Positions 16,784 to 26,645 of a stretch of DNA of 64,000 bases are shown here, in pieces. The position numbers and the translations under genes were made by a program. The stretch comes from a virus. Every line of letters starts with the position of its first letter. The stretch's first letter is position 1. Location: positions 1 to 64,000 of IMG/VR virus record IMGVR_UViG_3300030102_007485, one strand, 5' to 3'. The notes beneath the pieces were generated by a model. It was not told where the DNA came from, did not search any database, and saw only the letters and a list, made by a program, of their open reading frames with translations.

Positions 16784-18886
16784 ATGAGTGGTCTCGGTGG
16801 TCACATGCCTCATATTCATGAGGATTATAATCTTACTTTTTTTCAACTAAAAAAAATCTTAAAGGAATTATCAAACGGTAATACGACCGGAACTGAAAAG
16901 TTAGACGGTCAAAATTTATATATCTCGTACTCTCTTTCTGAGGGTTGTGCCAAGGCGGCACGAAATAAGACAAACATCAAAGACGGCGGTTTAAATTCTG
17001 CTGAACTAGCAAGTAAATTTTTTGGACGTGGAGACCTAGAGTCATCTTTCAACGATGCTTTTGCTCGCTTTGAAGAAGTGGTTTCAAAAATGTCTGACGA
17101 TGAAAAGCGCACTGTCTTTGGAGAAAGTGCTGACATTTACTATAATGTAGAAATAATTGATCCACGAACTCAAAACATCATTGAATATAACACGACTGCA
17201 ATGGTGATCCACCGCTCTAATCACATTTGTGTTAACGGTAAGCATAATTTCAATAAACTAGAAGAGATTTTAAATAGAGTCAATTCCTTCGATCACAAGG
17301 TGGTGACAAACCCAATCAGAAAAATTGGACCACTATCTGAGTCGAAGACTGTGGAGTATCTTTCCCGAATTGACGCTGCCTATCAAGAGGTTGGGTTAAA
17401 GGAGACTTCCACAATCGCTGAATATCTTGTGCACAAGTGTTTGCCTAAAGTTATGGAATTGGGTTTGTCTAAAGAGAAAAATTCTTCAATCTTGAAGAGA
17501 CTTGTTACGAGAAAGTTCCCAAACCTAAATGAAATTAAAAAAGGACTCACTGCCGAACAGAAAAAGTCAGTATCTAAGTTGATCAATGACAAATCCACTG
17601 TACGAGATGCTATGTTTGTCGTCGAGAGCGTACTGCACGATTTCTCAGTTTCATTATTGTCTACCTTTACTAGCGGTTACTCGAACAACACAGGCGGCAA
17701 AGGACTATATGAAAGGTTTGTGACCGCCAAGTCCAAGATTGAAACAAGTGAGTATGATAAGGCAAGAAGTATCTTAAAACTTAACATGTCTAAGATTTCT
17801 CAATTAGAGGACGTAATTTTCGAGACTGAGGGTTTTGTCTTCAATAGTGGCGACATGGTGTACAAGATCACTGGCAACTTTGCTCCAGTTAATCAGATTT
17901 TAGGATTGTTTACATTTGGTCGCGGTGAGGTGCCACCACTTAGGGAGGTGGAGGAGAAGGAAGAGGATCCCAAACCAGAGGTACCCAGTCAAAAGATTGC
18001 TGTATTTCCAGGTGCTTTTAAACCACCGCACATGGGTCACCTCAAGGTGGTTGATCATTTCCTTGAGGACAAAAATGTGGACAAGGTGGTGGTCTTAATT
18101 TCAGATCCTAGTTCAAGGCAATCACAAAGGTCCATATCTCCTGCTAGAGATATCACCGCAAATGACTCCAAAGAGATTTGGGAGAAGATGACATCTGGTC
18201 GAAGCGGCATTGAGATCGTAGTTTCATCAGCACCCAGTCCAGTGTCCTCGACCTTTGAGTACATCGGAGAAGATGGATCAGCGCCAAAAAACGCAACCAT
18301 TCTTCTCGCATCTAGTGATAAGGACAACGACAGTCGTTTCAGGTCCGTAGAAAGGTATGCTAGAGGCGACTTAGACGTGGTAGTTGATACTATCCCTTCA
18401 ACAAACCATTCGACGTCTTATATGCAAAATTTATCGCAAGATAAGAAGATTTTAAATGATCTGCCTTCCTTGCAGTCAGGAAAGGATCCAAGTTTGTTTC
18501 ACGCTTCAGACATGAGATATCTTATTGGTCTAGCGCAAGAAGGAAATAAGAATGCAACATTTTTGCTTGGGGACTTTTTGCCAGAAAATGTAATTCAGTA
18601 TGTACTAAGACTTTTCTCAGTAGATTTGTCAGAAGATTTTCAGTCAAAGATGAAAAAGAGGTTGTCTAAGTCGCATGTGGATCTTTTAGATCAGGGGGGT
18701 CAACCAAATTCTTCGCCCTATAACCAAAAGCGACCAAAAGACAAATCTAACGCTTTTTTGGCAAAAGAAGAGGAAGAGTTAGAAGAGATCTCTGCGATGG
18801 GGGCAGGTGCCGTTTCTGGTTATTCTGCTCCGGTTGGACAGAAGAAAAGGAAAAAAAGAAAAAAAAATCCTAATTACAAGGATTGA
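16784..18886 (+). CDS. Fusion of a ligase-like (DUF6267-like) adenylation domain and an HxGH nucleotidyltransferase
   Basis: EKLDG, EGFVF and YKITG motifs, then FPGAFKPPHMGH and HASDMR. Confidence 0.75.
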   Translation: MSGLGGHMPHIHEDYNLTFFQLKKILKELSNGNTTGTEKLDGQNLYISYSLSEGCAKAARNKTNIKDGGLNSAELASKFFGRGDLESSFNDAFARFEEVVSKMSDDEKRTVFGESADIYYNVEIIDPRTQNIIEYNTTAMVIHRSNHICVNGKHNFNKLEEILNRVNSFDHKVVTNPIRKIGPLSESKTVEYLSRIDAAYQEVGLKETSTIAEYLVHKCLPKVMELGLSKEKNSSILKRLVTRKFPNLNEIKKGLTAEQKKSVSKLINDKSTVRDAMFVVESVLHDFSVSLLSTFTSGYSNNTGGKGLYERFVTAKSKIETSEYDKARSILKLNMSKISQLEDVIFETEGFVFNSGDMVYKITGNFAPVNQILGLFTFGRGEVPPLREVEEKEEDPKPEVPSQKIAVFPGAFKPPHMGHLKVVDHFLEDKNVDKVVVLISDPSSRQSQRSISPARDITANDSKEIWEKMTSGRSGIEIVVSSAPSPVSSTFEYIGEDGSAPKNATILLASSDKDNDSRFRSVERYARGDLDVVVDTIPSTNHSTSYMQNLSQDKKILNDLPSLQSGKDPSLFHASDMRYLIGLAQEGNKNATFLLGDFLPENVIQYVLRLFSVDLSEDFQSKMKKRLSKSHVDLLDQGGQPNSSPYNQKRPKDKSNAFLAKEEEELEEISAMGAGAVSGYSAPVGQKKRKKRKKNPNYKD

Positions 18887-18896
18887 GGGTTTAGAC

Positions 18897-19592
18897 ATGA
18901 TTTCTAGAGAAGAGATGCATAAAGAATTTGTACTAAGAGAAAGTATAAAAAAGACAATTAAAAACAAAATAGAGACGAGTTTGAGGGCAAAAAAGACCGA
19001 CCTTATTGAAGAGATTAAATTAAGGTCTGCCATAAACAAGATTCTCAGAGAAGCAGAACAAGACCCAAGTTCAGATCCTCATCCAAATACTGGTATAAAT
19101 TTTTTAAAGGTCCTATTCAAGAATACAAATTTTCTTGCCTCCCTAGAAGAAGCGTATAAGTCCCTAACCACTACAGACGAACAAAGAAAGTCATTTGAGT
19201 CTCACATATTCAAGGGAATAGAGATGACATTTTCTCGACTAGACGACATGGACACAGAAGATATCAAAGAAGAGGTGGACCTAGACATTGCACCAGAAGA
19301 GACTCCAGGGTATGTTGAGAAAAATTCAAAGACTAAAAAAGATGAAGAAAACGATGAGCGCGAAGAGTTTGACATTGTAGGGACAGATGAGACAGGAAGA
19401 AACGTTGCGTTTGAGACATACAAGAAGGTAGAAAAGTCCCTGATAGATCAATATGTGTCTATGGGAGACGATGATGATCGTGCCGCCTTCAAGAAGTATT
19501 TGATGTTAAATTTACAGCATTATTTTGATCAGTGGGAGTCAGAACTATCACCCACTGAACCTTCAGAAGAAGAACAGTTTGACGAAGTTTAG
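18897..19592 (+). CDS. Acidic hypothetical protein
   Basis: ATG 18897 after GAGGG. Confidence 0.7.
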   Translation: MISREEMHKEFVLRESIKKTIKNKIETSLRAKKTDLIEEIKLRSAINKILREAEQDPSSDPHPNTGINFLKVLFKNTNFLASLEEAYKSLTTTDEQRKSFESHIFKGIEMTFSRLDDMDTEDIKEEVDLDIAPEETPGYVEKNSKTKKDEENDEREEFDIVGTDETGRNVAFETYKKVEKSLIDQYVSMGDDDDRAAFKKYLMLNLQHYFDQWESELSPTEPSEEEQFDEV

Positions 19593-19609
19593 TTCGTACG
19601 AAATTCTTT

Positions 19610-19642
19610 AAAAAGAGCAAGTCTTAACTTGCTCTTTTTTTT
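19610..19642. terminator. Bidirectional intrinsic terminator overlapping a promoter
   Basis: AAAAGAGCAAG / CTTGCTCTTTT stem; TTAACT 19624-19629, 17 bp, TG-n-TATAAT 19647-19652. Confidence 0.7.
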
Positions 19643-19658
19643 ATGGTATAATCCTTTT

Positions 19659-20033
19659 ATGAAAAAGCAAGAAGTCTTAAAGCGCCGCCGCGGAAAAAAT
19701 TACTATACATCTTTATCTAAAGATTTAAAAAAAAGTGGTAAGATTGATTCTTTTTTTGAAATTCAATTAGCACAACTAACGATTGAAGACATACTGGCAC
19801 TTAAATTGGAATTGGCAGCAAAGTCTTTTAACGGCAAGTTGTACGGATATCCTGTTATACAAAACATTACAAATATAGTGAGAGAGGCATCAATAAAGTT
19901 TGCACTCTCTGTGACTCCTTCTAAGGGTGAAGCAAGTAATCTGCTTGGTTGTACCTTGGAGGATCTAAACAATTACATAAAAAAGTATCATCTACAAGAA
20001 TTTTGTGAAGCAATAATTACAAAAAGGAATTAA
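19659..20033 (+). CDS. Putative Fis-like HTH protein, leaderless
   Basis: C-terminal SKGEASNLLGCT..L..YIKKY; ATG lies 6 nt after the -10 element. Confidence 0.55.
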   Translation: MKKQEVLKRRRGKNYYTSLSKDLKKSGKIDSFFEIQLAQLTIEDILALKLELAAKSFNGKLYGYPVIQNITNIVREASIKFALSVTPSKGEASNLLGCTLEDLNNYIKKYHLQEFCEAIITKRN

Positions 20034-20037
20034 ATAT

Positions 20038-20787
20038 ATGACGATTGACCCCTACAGAACGATATATGTTTTTGATATTGACGGCACATTAACCGAACCA
20101 CGACAAAAAATGACCGAAGATTTTTGCTTCTTGTTCTCGGATTGGTCTCAGACAAGGGAAGTGGTCCTTGCAACAGGAAGTGATTATCAGAAAGTAAAGC
20201 AACAATTACCTTCCAGCATACTTGACCGTTGTCAGTTGGTTTTCTGCTGCATGGGTAATGAAGTGAGAAATTCTGATGGTACGGTAATAGATACAAACTC
20301 CTTTACGTTGTCTGAGGAGATGGAAAATGACTTGAAAAATTTTTTGGTCAATTCTTCATACGCTGAAAAAGTGGGACGCCACATTGAATATCGCACCGGC
20401 ATGGTCAACTTTTCTGTAGTCGGCAGAAATGCTAGTCTTGAGCAACGCAAGCGATACAATTTGTGGGACAAAGTAAATCAGGAAAGAATGTCTATAGCGG
20501 AGGCAATAAATTCAAAATACCCTGAAATCGACGCAACCGTCGGAGGATCAATAAGTATTGACATCATAAAAAAAGGGGCAGACAAAGGACAGGTGGTAAA
20601 ATACCTGCAAGATCTTAAGGTTGAAAGACTTGTTTTTGTCGGTGATCGTTGCTATCCTGGAGGAAACGACTTTGGTATTGTAAGAGAGTTAGAGGTTAGT
20701 AGTTTAGTGTATGAGTGGTTTAATGTAGAAAGTCCCAAGGGAACTATTGATTTGATTTTAAATAATTCTGCATTTAAAAGATTTTAG
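20038..20787 (+). CDS. Eukaryote-type phosphomannomutase (HAD-IIB)
   Basis: FDIDGTLT, IEYRTGMVNFS, GGSISID and GDRCYPGGND motifs. Confidence 0.9.
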   Translation: MTIDPYRTIYVFDIDGTLTEPRQKMTEDFCFLFSDWSQTREVVLATGSDYQKVKQQLPSSILDRCQLVFCCMGNEVRNSDGTVIDTNSFTLSEEMENDLKNFLVNSSYAEKVGRHIEYRTGMVNFSVVGRNASLEQRKRYNLWDKVNQERMSIAEAINSKYPEIDATVGGSISIDIIKKGADKGQVVKYLQDLKVERLVFVGDRCYPGGNDFGIVRELEVSSLVYEWFNVESPKGTIDLILNNSAFKRF

Positions 20788-20836
20788 TGTGTCACATAGG
20801 AATTGAGCATAATAATTAAACCGGGAGGTATTAGAT

Positions 20837-20905
20837 ATGAGTGATTCAAAGAAATGCAGTTGTTGCGAGTGTTGCACATGTACTTGTGAAAAGTGCTGCG
20901 AATAA
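20837..20905 (+). CDS. 22-aa metallothionein-like peptide MSDSKKCSCCECCTCTCEKCCE
   Basis: SD GGGAGGT; 9 Cys in 22 aa; late motif AATAATTA at 20811. Confidence 0.65.
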   Translation: MSDSKKCSCCECCTCTCEKCCE

Positions 20906-20911
20906 AGATTT

Positions 20912-21222
<311 letters not shown>

Positions 21223-21245
21223 TTTTTAACATTGGAGACTATTTG

Positions 21246-21428
21246 ATGAAGCATTTAAAACAAAATAATATATCTTATATTAAGCATTTTTTCAGAGGGG
21301 TTGGTTTTGTTTTTTGGTCCTTGAAAATGTTAGGTGTATGTCTTATCCATGCTGTTTTCCCATTTTGGCATGAAGACACCTTTTCCAGAGAAGTTGGTAA
21401 ATTATCATCACGATTAAAAAATTTGTAA
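21246..21428 (+). CDS. DUF6356-like small membrane protein
   Basis: HL....SY..HF...IHAVFPF pattern; SD GGAG. Confidence 0.75.
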   Translation: MKHLKQNNISYIKHFFRGVGFVFWSLKMLGVCLIHAVFPFWHEDTFSREVGKLSSRLKNL

Positions 21429-21504
21429 GTTTGTATCACTTTTTGATTTAGAATCAGGCAGCACCTAGGCAACGTCTTTTATGAACTTGGCAACTATTTA
21501 AACC

Positions 21505-22092
21505 ATGCAGATCTTAATCGAAAAGTGGTCCAAGAAATATAAGAGATCAATTGATTGTAACAATCCAAAAGGTTTTTCTCAAAAAGCACACTGTCAAAGC
21601 AGAAAAAAGAGAGAAAATCTTACCTTAAATCAAATAATTCAAATTATTGATGAAGAAATACAAAATTTTCTAGATGAAAGGTGTCAAAAAGGTTACAAAA
21701 CTCACCCTACAAGAAAAACTAAGAAAATGTTTGGTAGGACTTACAGAAATTGTGTCAAAGCAGATGAAAGTTCTGATCCAAAAAAGGGAACTGGTAAAAA
21801 ACCAAAGGGATCTGGTAGAAGACTTTACACTGATGAAGACCCAAGTGACACTGTGAGTGTTAAGTTTCGAACTGTTTCTGACATAAAAGACACCTTTTCA
21901 AAGTCAAGTTTTAAAAGCAAGTCACATAAAAGACAATCTCAGATTATAAACCTAGTCCATCAGCGAGTTAGGGCAGCATATAATAATGCGAAAGACCCAG
22001 AAACCAAAGCAAGACTCAAGAAAGCACTTGATTATGCTAAGAAAAAGAAAGAGTCTTCAAAAGAGAAGACAAAGAGGATGAATAGAAAATGA
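21505..22092 (+). CDS. Polymodular basic Cys protein
   Basis: Modules KWSKKYKRSIDCNNPKGFSQKAHC, RCQKGY..NCVK and DPKKGTGKKPKGSGRRLYTDE, separated by xxE sites. Confidence 0.75.
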   Translation: MQILIEKWSKKYKRSIDCNNPKGFSQKAHCQSRKKRENLTLNQIIQIIDEEIQNFLDERCQKGYKTHPTRKTKKMFGRTYRNCVKADESSDPKKGTGKKPKGSGRRLYTDEDPSDTVSVKFRTVSDIKDTFSKSSFKSKSHKRQSQIINLVHQRVRAAYNNAKDPETKARLKKALDYAKKKKESSKEKTKRMNRK

Positions 22093-22511
22093 AAAAGATT
22101 ATAATAAAGATTATGAAAAAAGTAAAAGACTATATTTGCCCTCCTGCAACTCAAGATTTGAAACTAAACACTAAAAATCGTGATGCTACAATCAAACAAT
22201 ACAACTATGGTCCACTAAATGTTGATGAACCTGATGATTATTGGAAAGATATTGCAAAATATTGGAAAACTTCAGAGAAGGCAGCAAAGAAATCGAACTG
22301 TGGTAATTGCGTCGCCTTCGACATATCCCCAAGGATGAAAGATTGTATGCCGGGTGATACATTTGATAAGGATGGTCAACTCGGATATTGCTGGATGCAC
22401 CACTTTAAATGCCATTCCGCTAGGTCTTGCCACACTTGGGCGAAGGGTGGACCAATCAAGATAGACGATGAGTCTCATAAGTGGCAAGACAAGAATAAGT
22501 TTGGCAAGTGA
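22089..22511 (+). CDS. Cys/His-rich (HiPIP-like CxNC) phage protein
   Basis: CGNCVAFD..GYC..HFKC..RSC..W.KGG pattern. Confidence 0.75.
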   Translation: MKKIIIKIMKKVKDYICPPATQDLKLNTKNRDATIKQYNYGPLNVDEPDDYWKDIAKYWKTSEKAAKKSNCGNCVAFDISPRMKDCMPGDTFDKDGQLGYCWMHHFKCHSARSCHTWAKGGPIKIDDESHKWQDKNKFGK

Positions 22512-22516
22512 TTTGT

Positions 22517-22900
22517 ATGGCGTATTCAAAACAAGTGATTGATCATTTTGAAAATCCAAGAAATGTAGGTTCTTTTGATAAGGACGACACATCTGTTGGT
22601 ACGGGTATCGTAGGTGCACCTGCTTGTGGAGACGTAATGAAGTTGCAAATAAAGGTGGACGAGAATGGCATAATTCAGGACGCAAAGTTCAAAACATATG
22701 GTTGTGGTTCTGCCATTGCTTCATCTTCTCTTGTCACAGAGTGGATAAAGGGTCGCTCTCTGGATGATGCCCTTATGATTAAAAATGTGGAAATAGCAAA
22801 TCATCTTTCCCTCCCCCCAGTCAAGATTCATTGCTCTGTTTTAGCGGAGGATGCAATAAAGTCTGCAATTGAAGACTACAAATCAAAATTAACAAACTAA
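22517..22900 (+). CDS. iscU: Fe-S cluster scaffold IscU
   Basis: YS..VIDHFENPRNVG, APACGD, GCGSAIASSS and LPPVKIHCS motifs. Confidence 0.95.
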   Translation: MAYSKQVIDHFENPRNVGSFDKDDTSVGTGIVGAPACGDVMKLQIKVDENGIIQDAKFKTYGCGSAIASSSLVTEWIKGRSLDDALMIKNVEIANHLSLPPVKIHCSVLAEDAIKSAIEDYKSKLTN

Positions 22901-22939
22901 TTAAGTTAAAAATTATTGTTTTTATAGGGAGATTAATCG

Positions 22940-23740
22940 ATGAAGTTATTGATGGAACAGTGGAGAGTGTACCAAGAACAGGTAAAGGAAGACGATAAAT
23001 TTAATCACCTTCTTACAGAAATATTAAATTCAAAAGAGGAAAAACAGATTGATGCTTTGATCTCCGAGTGGATTAGCGAGCAAGAGCAAATTTTAAATGA
23101 AATTGATTTTAAAGGCGCAATTGCGAAGGGTATGGAGTTTATAAGTAGAAAAGTCAACGAGGTGCTTTTAAGAGTGTACTTTAAGGCGGTTGATATTGTG
23201 GGCAACAGGATATCTGCCATAGGGCAAAAACATCCTGTACTTGCAAGGGTTGGTACAGTTGCGCTGATAACTGTCTGTATGTTGTGTGCTTCCGCTATCG
23301 CAAACACTGCAATGGCATCTGGTGCAGAAGGAAACCCAGAACTCGACAAATATGTAGACATGTTACAGGGAATTATGACCGATAAGATAACTGACCTAGG
23401 ACAGTACGGCGCTCAAGATTTGTTAAAAGATAGTGATCCAGAGATAAAGGCAAAATTGGCAGATGCGATAAACCACTTGGAAGGAATGAAGGGGTCTCTA
23501 AACAGTCTTGCTGATTTGAAAAAGGTTGACGGTGAAATTGGAAAGACAATAAAGACCACCAGTGATTGGATGGTGGACCTCTATCAGAATCCGCCAGAGG
23601 GTATGGATCGAGATTCTGTTAAGACCGCGTTGGAAAACTGGCAACGAGTAGGTGAGCAAATCGAACAGGTTCATTACGAATATAGCGAATACACTTCCGG
23701 TGGTACCACTCGTTCATCTGAAAAGTTCAAGAGCAACTAG
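22940..23740 (+). CDS. Hypothetical protein with MKLLMEQWR leader and an internal TM segment
   Basis: SD GGGAG; late motif at 22896; hydrophobic VGTVALITVCMLCASAIA. Confidence 0.75.
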   Translation: MKLLMEQWRVYQEQVKEDDKFNHLLTEILNSKEEKQIDALISEWISEQEQILNEIDFKGAIAKGMEFISRKVNEVLLRVYFKAVDIVGNRISAIGQKHPVLARVGTVALITVCMLCASAIANTAMASGAEGNPELDKYVDMLQGIMTDKITDLGQYGAQDLLKDSDPEIKAKLADAINHLEGMKGSLNSLADLKKVDGEIGKTIKTTSDWMVDLYQNPPEGMDRDSVKTALENWQRVGEQIEQVHYEYSEYTSGGTTRSSEKFKSN

Positions 23741-23755
23741 GGGGTGTGGTGGTTA

Positions 23756-24190
23756 ATGAGGTGGACAAGATACATTTTGCTTTTTTTTATGTTTGCTTGT
23801 GCATCTTCAACACAACCAAAGGAAAGCGGAAACACCGAACTTATAGTGACATATGAAGGTCGAGAGGTTCACCGATCTGGGTCTAGATACAATAGTATGC
23901 AAGACTTGTCAAATGCGATAAATTATTCTTCTTCTGAGGTGTACATAATATTTGGTGCAAAGTGGTGCGAAAGTTGCACCCTTTTATACAAAGCGCTTGA
24001 GCAGTCGGGACACTTGGAAAAAGTTTTGATCCTAAATGTTGATGAACCCTGGGTTGCAAAGTTGGCATCCGCAGGTGGTGTCAAGGCGGTGCCAACCATG
24101 TTTGTAGTGGGGTCAGACGGAAAACCTATTGCAATAAAGGGCGGCGCATCACAGATTGTACTTTATCTAGTGATAAACCTAAAAGTGTAA
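23756..24190 (+). CDS. Thioredoxin-like lipoprotein
   Basis: Lipobox-like MFAC; WCESC and AVPT motifs. Confidence 0.8.
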   Translation: MRWTRYILLFFMFACASSTQPKESGNTELIVTYEGREVHRSGSRYNSMQDLSNAINYSSSEVYIIFGAKWCESCTLLYKALEQSGHLEKVLILNVDEPWVAKLASAGGVKAVPTMFVVGSDGKPIAIKGGASQIVLYLVINLKV

Positions 24191-24699
24191 TGGACTTTGC
24201 TATTTTACCACACATCATATGTCTCACCATGGCATCTCCAGAATTTCATTTAAATAAATCTAAACAAGATTTGGTCTGTAAGTTTGCAAACCAAATTGTT
24301 GATCAATCCATAGAGAATGGGATTGATCCGACCTTAACTGTGGCACTAATATATATTGAAAGTGGTTGGGATAAGGACGCGGTCAGTCATGCAGGTGCTT
24401 GTGGTTTATCACAGGTTATCCCCAAATATACTGGGAGCAAGTTGACAAAAACCAAAAGATACACTTGTGAGCAACTAAAGAATCCAAAAAATTCTATTAG
24501 TGCAGGAATAAAGACACTCAGGTATTGGGTTCATGAGTATGGCAAGGGCAGGGTTCGAGTTGGTTTATGTGGGTACTCATCAGGATTTAGGTGCAAGGGT
24601 AAGGGAAAATTAAAAAGGGGTTATCGATATGCAAAAAAAGTTCTTAAGGTTAAAAGCAAAATAGACAGGGCATACAAAAATCGCTTAAAAATACCATAA
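24190..24699 (+). CDS. Lytic transglycosylase (SLT domain)
   Basis: IESGW, GACGLSQV and CGYSSG motifs. Confidence 0.85.
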   Translation: MDFAILPHIICLTMASPEFHLNKSKQDLVCKFANQIVDQSIENGIDPTLTVALIYIESGWDKDAVSHAGACGLSQVIPKYTGSKLTKTKRYTCEQLKNPKNSISAGIKTLRYWVHEYGKGRVRVGLCGYSSGFRCKGKGKLKRGYRYAKKVLKVKSKIDRAYKNRLKIP

Positions 24700-24719
24700 T
24701 TTTGTAATAAGATTCTAGT

Positions 24720-24893
24720 ATGAGAAAATTTGATATAACAATAAAAAATAAAACAACTTTAGAAAAGAAAAACTTTTTTGAGCAATATTATACATTTGCT
24801 GAAGCATTCAGGTTTGCTTTTCTGCAGTGTCACAATGGAATGTCCCGTGAGTGGGAAATAATGTCGATTAAACAAGCGGAGATTGCTCAATGA
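24720..24893 (+). CDS. Small hypothetical protein (57 aa), not in the track
   Basis: Fills the gap; its TGA overlaps the ClpP ATG. Confidence 0.55.
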   Translation: MRKFDITIKNKTTLEKKNFFEQYYTFAEAFRFAFLQCHNGMSREWEIMSIKQAEIAQ

Positions 24894-25534
24894 AGGATCA
24901 TTTTTGGGGAAATGAAACAGAAGAGATATCCGAGGAGAAAAAAATGACTCCTCACGAGTATGCCTCGGAATCTAAAACAGGTCATGCAGCAACAGACAAT
25001 GACCAAGTCGAATTTAGTCACAATAGAATATATTTTTACTCTGCTGTGACTAGACCAAAAATATTAAAGTTAAACAAAGGCATTTTTAATATGAATGTTA
25101 ATCTAACTTCACGAACAACTATGATGGATTACCAACCACCCCCAATCAAGTTGCATATAAATAGTTATGGGGGGTCTGTGTTCGCTGGACTCTCTGCTGT
25201 TGATTATATCAAGAATTCAAAAATACCAATACATAGTGTTATTGATGGTTGCGCTGCATCTGCTGCCACTCTAATGTCAGTTGTTGCTGATAGGAGATAT
25301 ATGCACAAAAATGCCTGCATGTTGGTCCACGAATTGTCAGGATTGATGTGGGGTAAATTCAAAGACATGAAGGATGACATGGAGAACTCAAGCATGTTGA
25401 TGGATAAGATTCGAAAAATATACAAGGAGCACACAAAGATACCAAAAAATGAGTTGGAGAAGATTCTGCAACATGACATTTGGTGGGAAGCAGATAAGTG
25501 CCTAGAGTATGGATTGGTGGATGAGATAATATGA
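24890..25534 (+). CDS. clpP: ClpP-family protease subunit
   Basis: INSYGGSV, GCAASAA, LVHE and CLEYGLVD motifs. Confidence 0.9.
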   Translation: MKDHFWGNETEEISEEKKMTPHEYASESKTGHAATDNDQVEFSHNRIYFYSAVTRPKILKLNKGIFNMNVNLTSRTTMMDYQPPPIKLHINSYGGSVFAGLSAVDYIKNSKIPIHSVIDGCAASAATLMSVVADRRYMHKNACMLVHELSGLMWGKFKDMKDDMENSSMLMDKIRKIYKEHTKIPKNELEKILQHDIWWEADKCLEYGLVDEII

Positions 25535-25860
25535 CAACAAAAAAACCCGCAACAAGAAAAAGGGCGACCACAAAAAGTCGTAAAACAAAAAATAAAGAAA
25601 TAGATTTTGACACAGCAAAAGAGATCGTAACCACTGTGTTAAAAAGCAGAGAAGAGTTTCTTGGAATAAATTGGAACAACTTTAGAAAGATTGACGACCT
25701 ATATCAGACTACTATGGAAAAGATGTCACTGGACGCGTTAATCACCTTATTGGAGCATCCAGATGTAAAAAATGTGTACTTCCACCCTTCCGTTGCCCCG
25801 CCAGGTTCAGGCGTTGATGGTATTGCACTTAGGTACAGGGTTTATTTTGAGTTTAATTGA
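25531..25860 (+). CDS. Hypothetical protein
   Basis: ORF track. Confidence 0.65.
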   Translation: MTTKKPATRKRATTKSRKTKNKEIDFDTAKEIVTTVLKSREEFLGINWNNFRKIDDLYQTTMEKMSLDALITLLEHPDVKNVYFHPSVAPPGSGVDGIALRYRVYFEFN

Positions 25861-26597
25861 TTGATCACTCGTCTTCCTTCTTCTAGGAATTCTACTAGAT
25901 CTTCGTGCCTAACCGAAAGAGTCACATGATGAAAGTTGCGAACAGAAGCAAAAACTATGCCTATCAGTTCATAATCTTCATTAAAGATCCCACTTCCAGA
26001 GGAACCTCCAATAGCAGGAATACTGTACAGGTCTGAGTTCACGTCCTCCGCATGTCCAGAGTATATGCCATGTAATATGGGCACTGCAGGAAGGTGTGTA
26101 ACTCCTCCCGGCGCTGCAATATTGTAACTTTGATCTCCCACGGTGGGTTTTTTGCCAACCTTAACGGCGTCCGCATCAATTTTTATTTTTGTTGCCATTA
26201 GGCATATATCTTTTTTTTCTAAAAGCGGATTTGTAGAAATTATTATCACTGACTCTATAAACCTTTTTTCATGGTCTATGACAAAAACTGAAGATTTTAA
26301 TATTTCTACATTTCTTTTGACGTCGTCGTCAATTAGGACCTGACAGACATGCGCCGCCGTAAGAATTAGAGTGTTTTTCTTGGTGTGACCAACGATGATC
26401 CCAGACCCAGTTGAAAAATACTTGCCTGGTGTACAGTTTGAGTTTTTTCTGCATTTCACAACCTCCACTTGTTTGATGATCTTTACAAAAGATGTCATTG
26501 GTGGTTTTGCCTTATTTCTTACGGATGTGGTGATACAAGAGGTTAATCCAAATAGGCAACAAATACCTATTAATTTAATGATCATAACTTTACCCAT
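25842..26597 (-). CDS. Trypsin-like serine protease, probable lipoprotein; the only minus-strand gene
   Basis: LTAAHVC, DICL and GGSSGSG motifs; LTSC lipobox. Confidence 0.88.
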   Translation of the reverse strand: MGKVMIIKLIGICCLFGLTSCITTSVRNKAKPPMTSFVKIIKQVEVVKCRKNSNCTPGKYFSTGSGIIVGHTKKNTLILTAAHVCQVLIDDDVKRNVEILKSSVFVIDHEKRFIESVIIISTNPLLEKKDICLMATKIKIDADAVKVGKKPTVGDQSYNIAAPGGVTHLPAVPILHGIYSGHAEDVNSDLYSIPAIGGSSGSGIFNEDYELIGIVFASVRNFHHVTLSVRHEDLVEFLEEGRRVINQLNSK

Positions 26598-26645
26598 ATA
26601 CTAAGTATATTATAAAAATTAAATTTTATTTAGGAGAATTAGACA

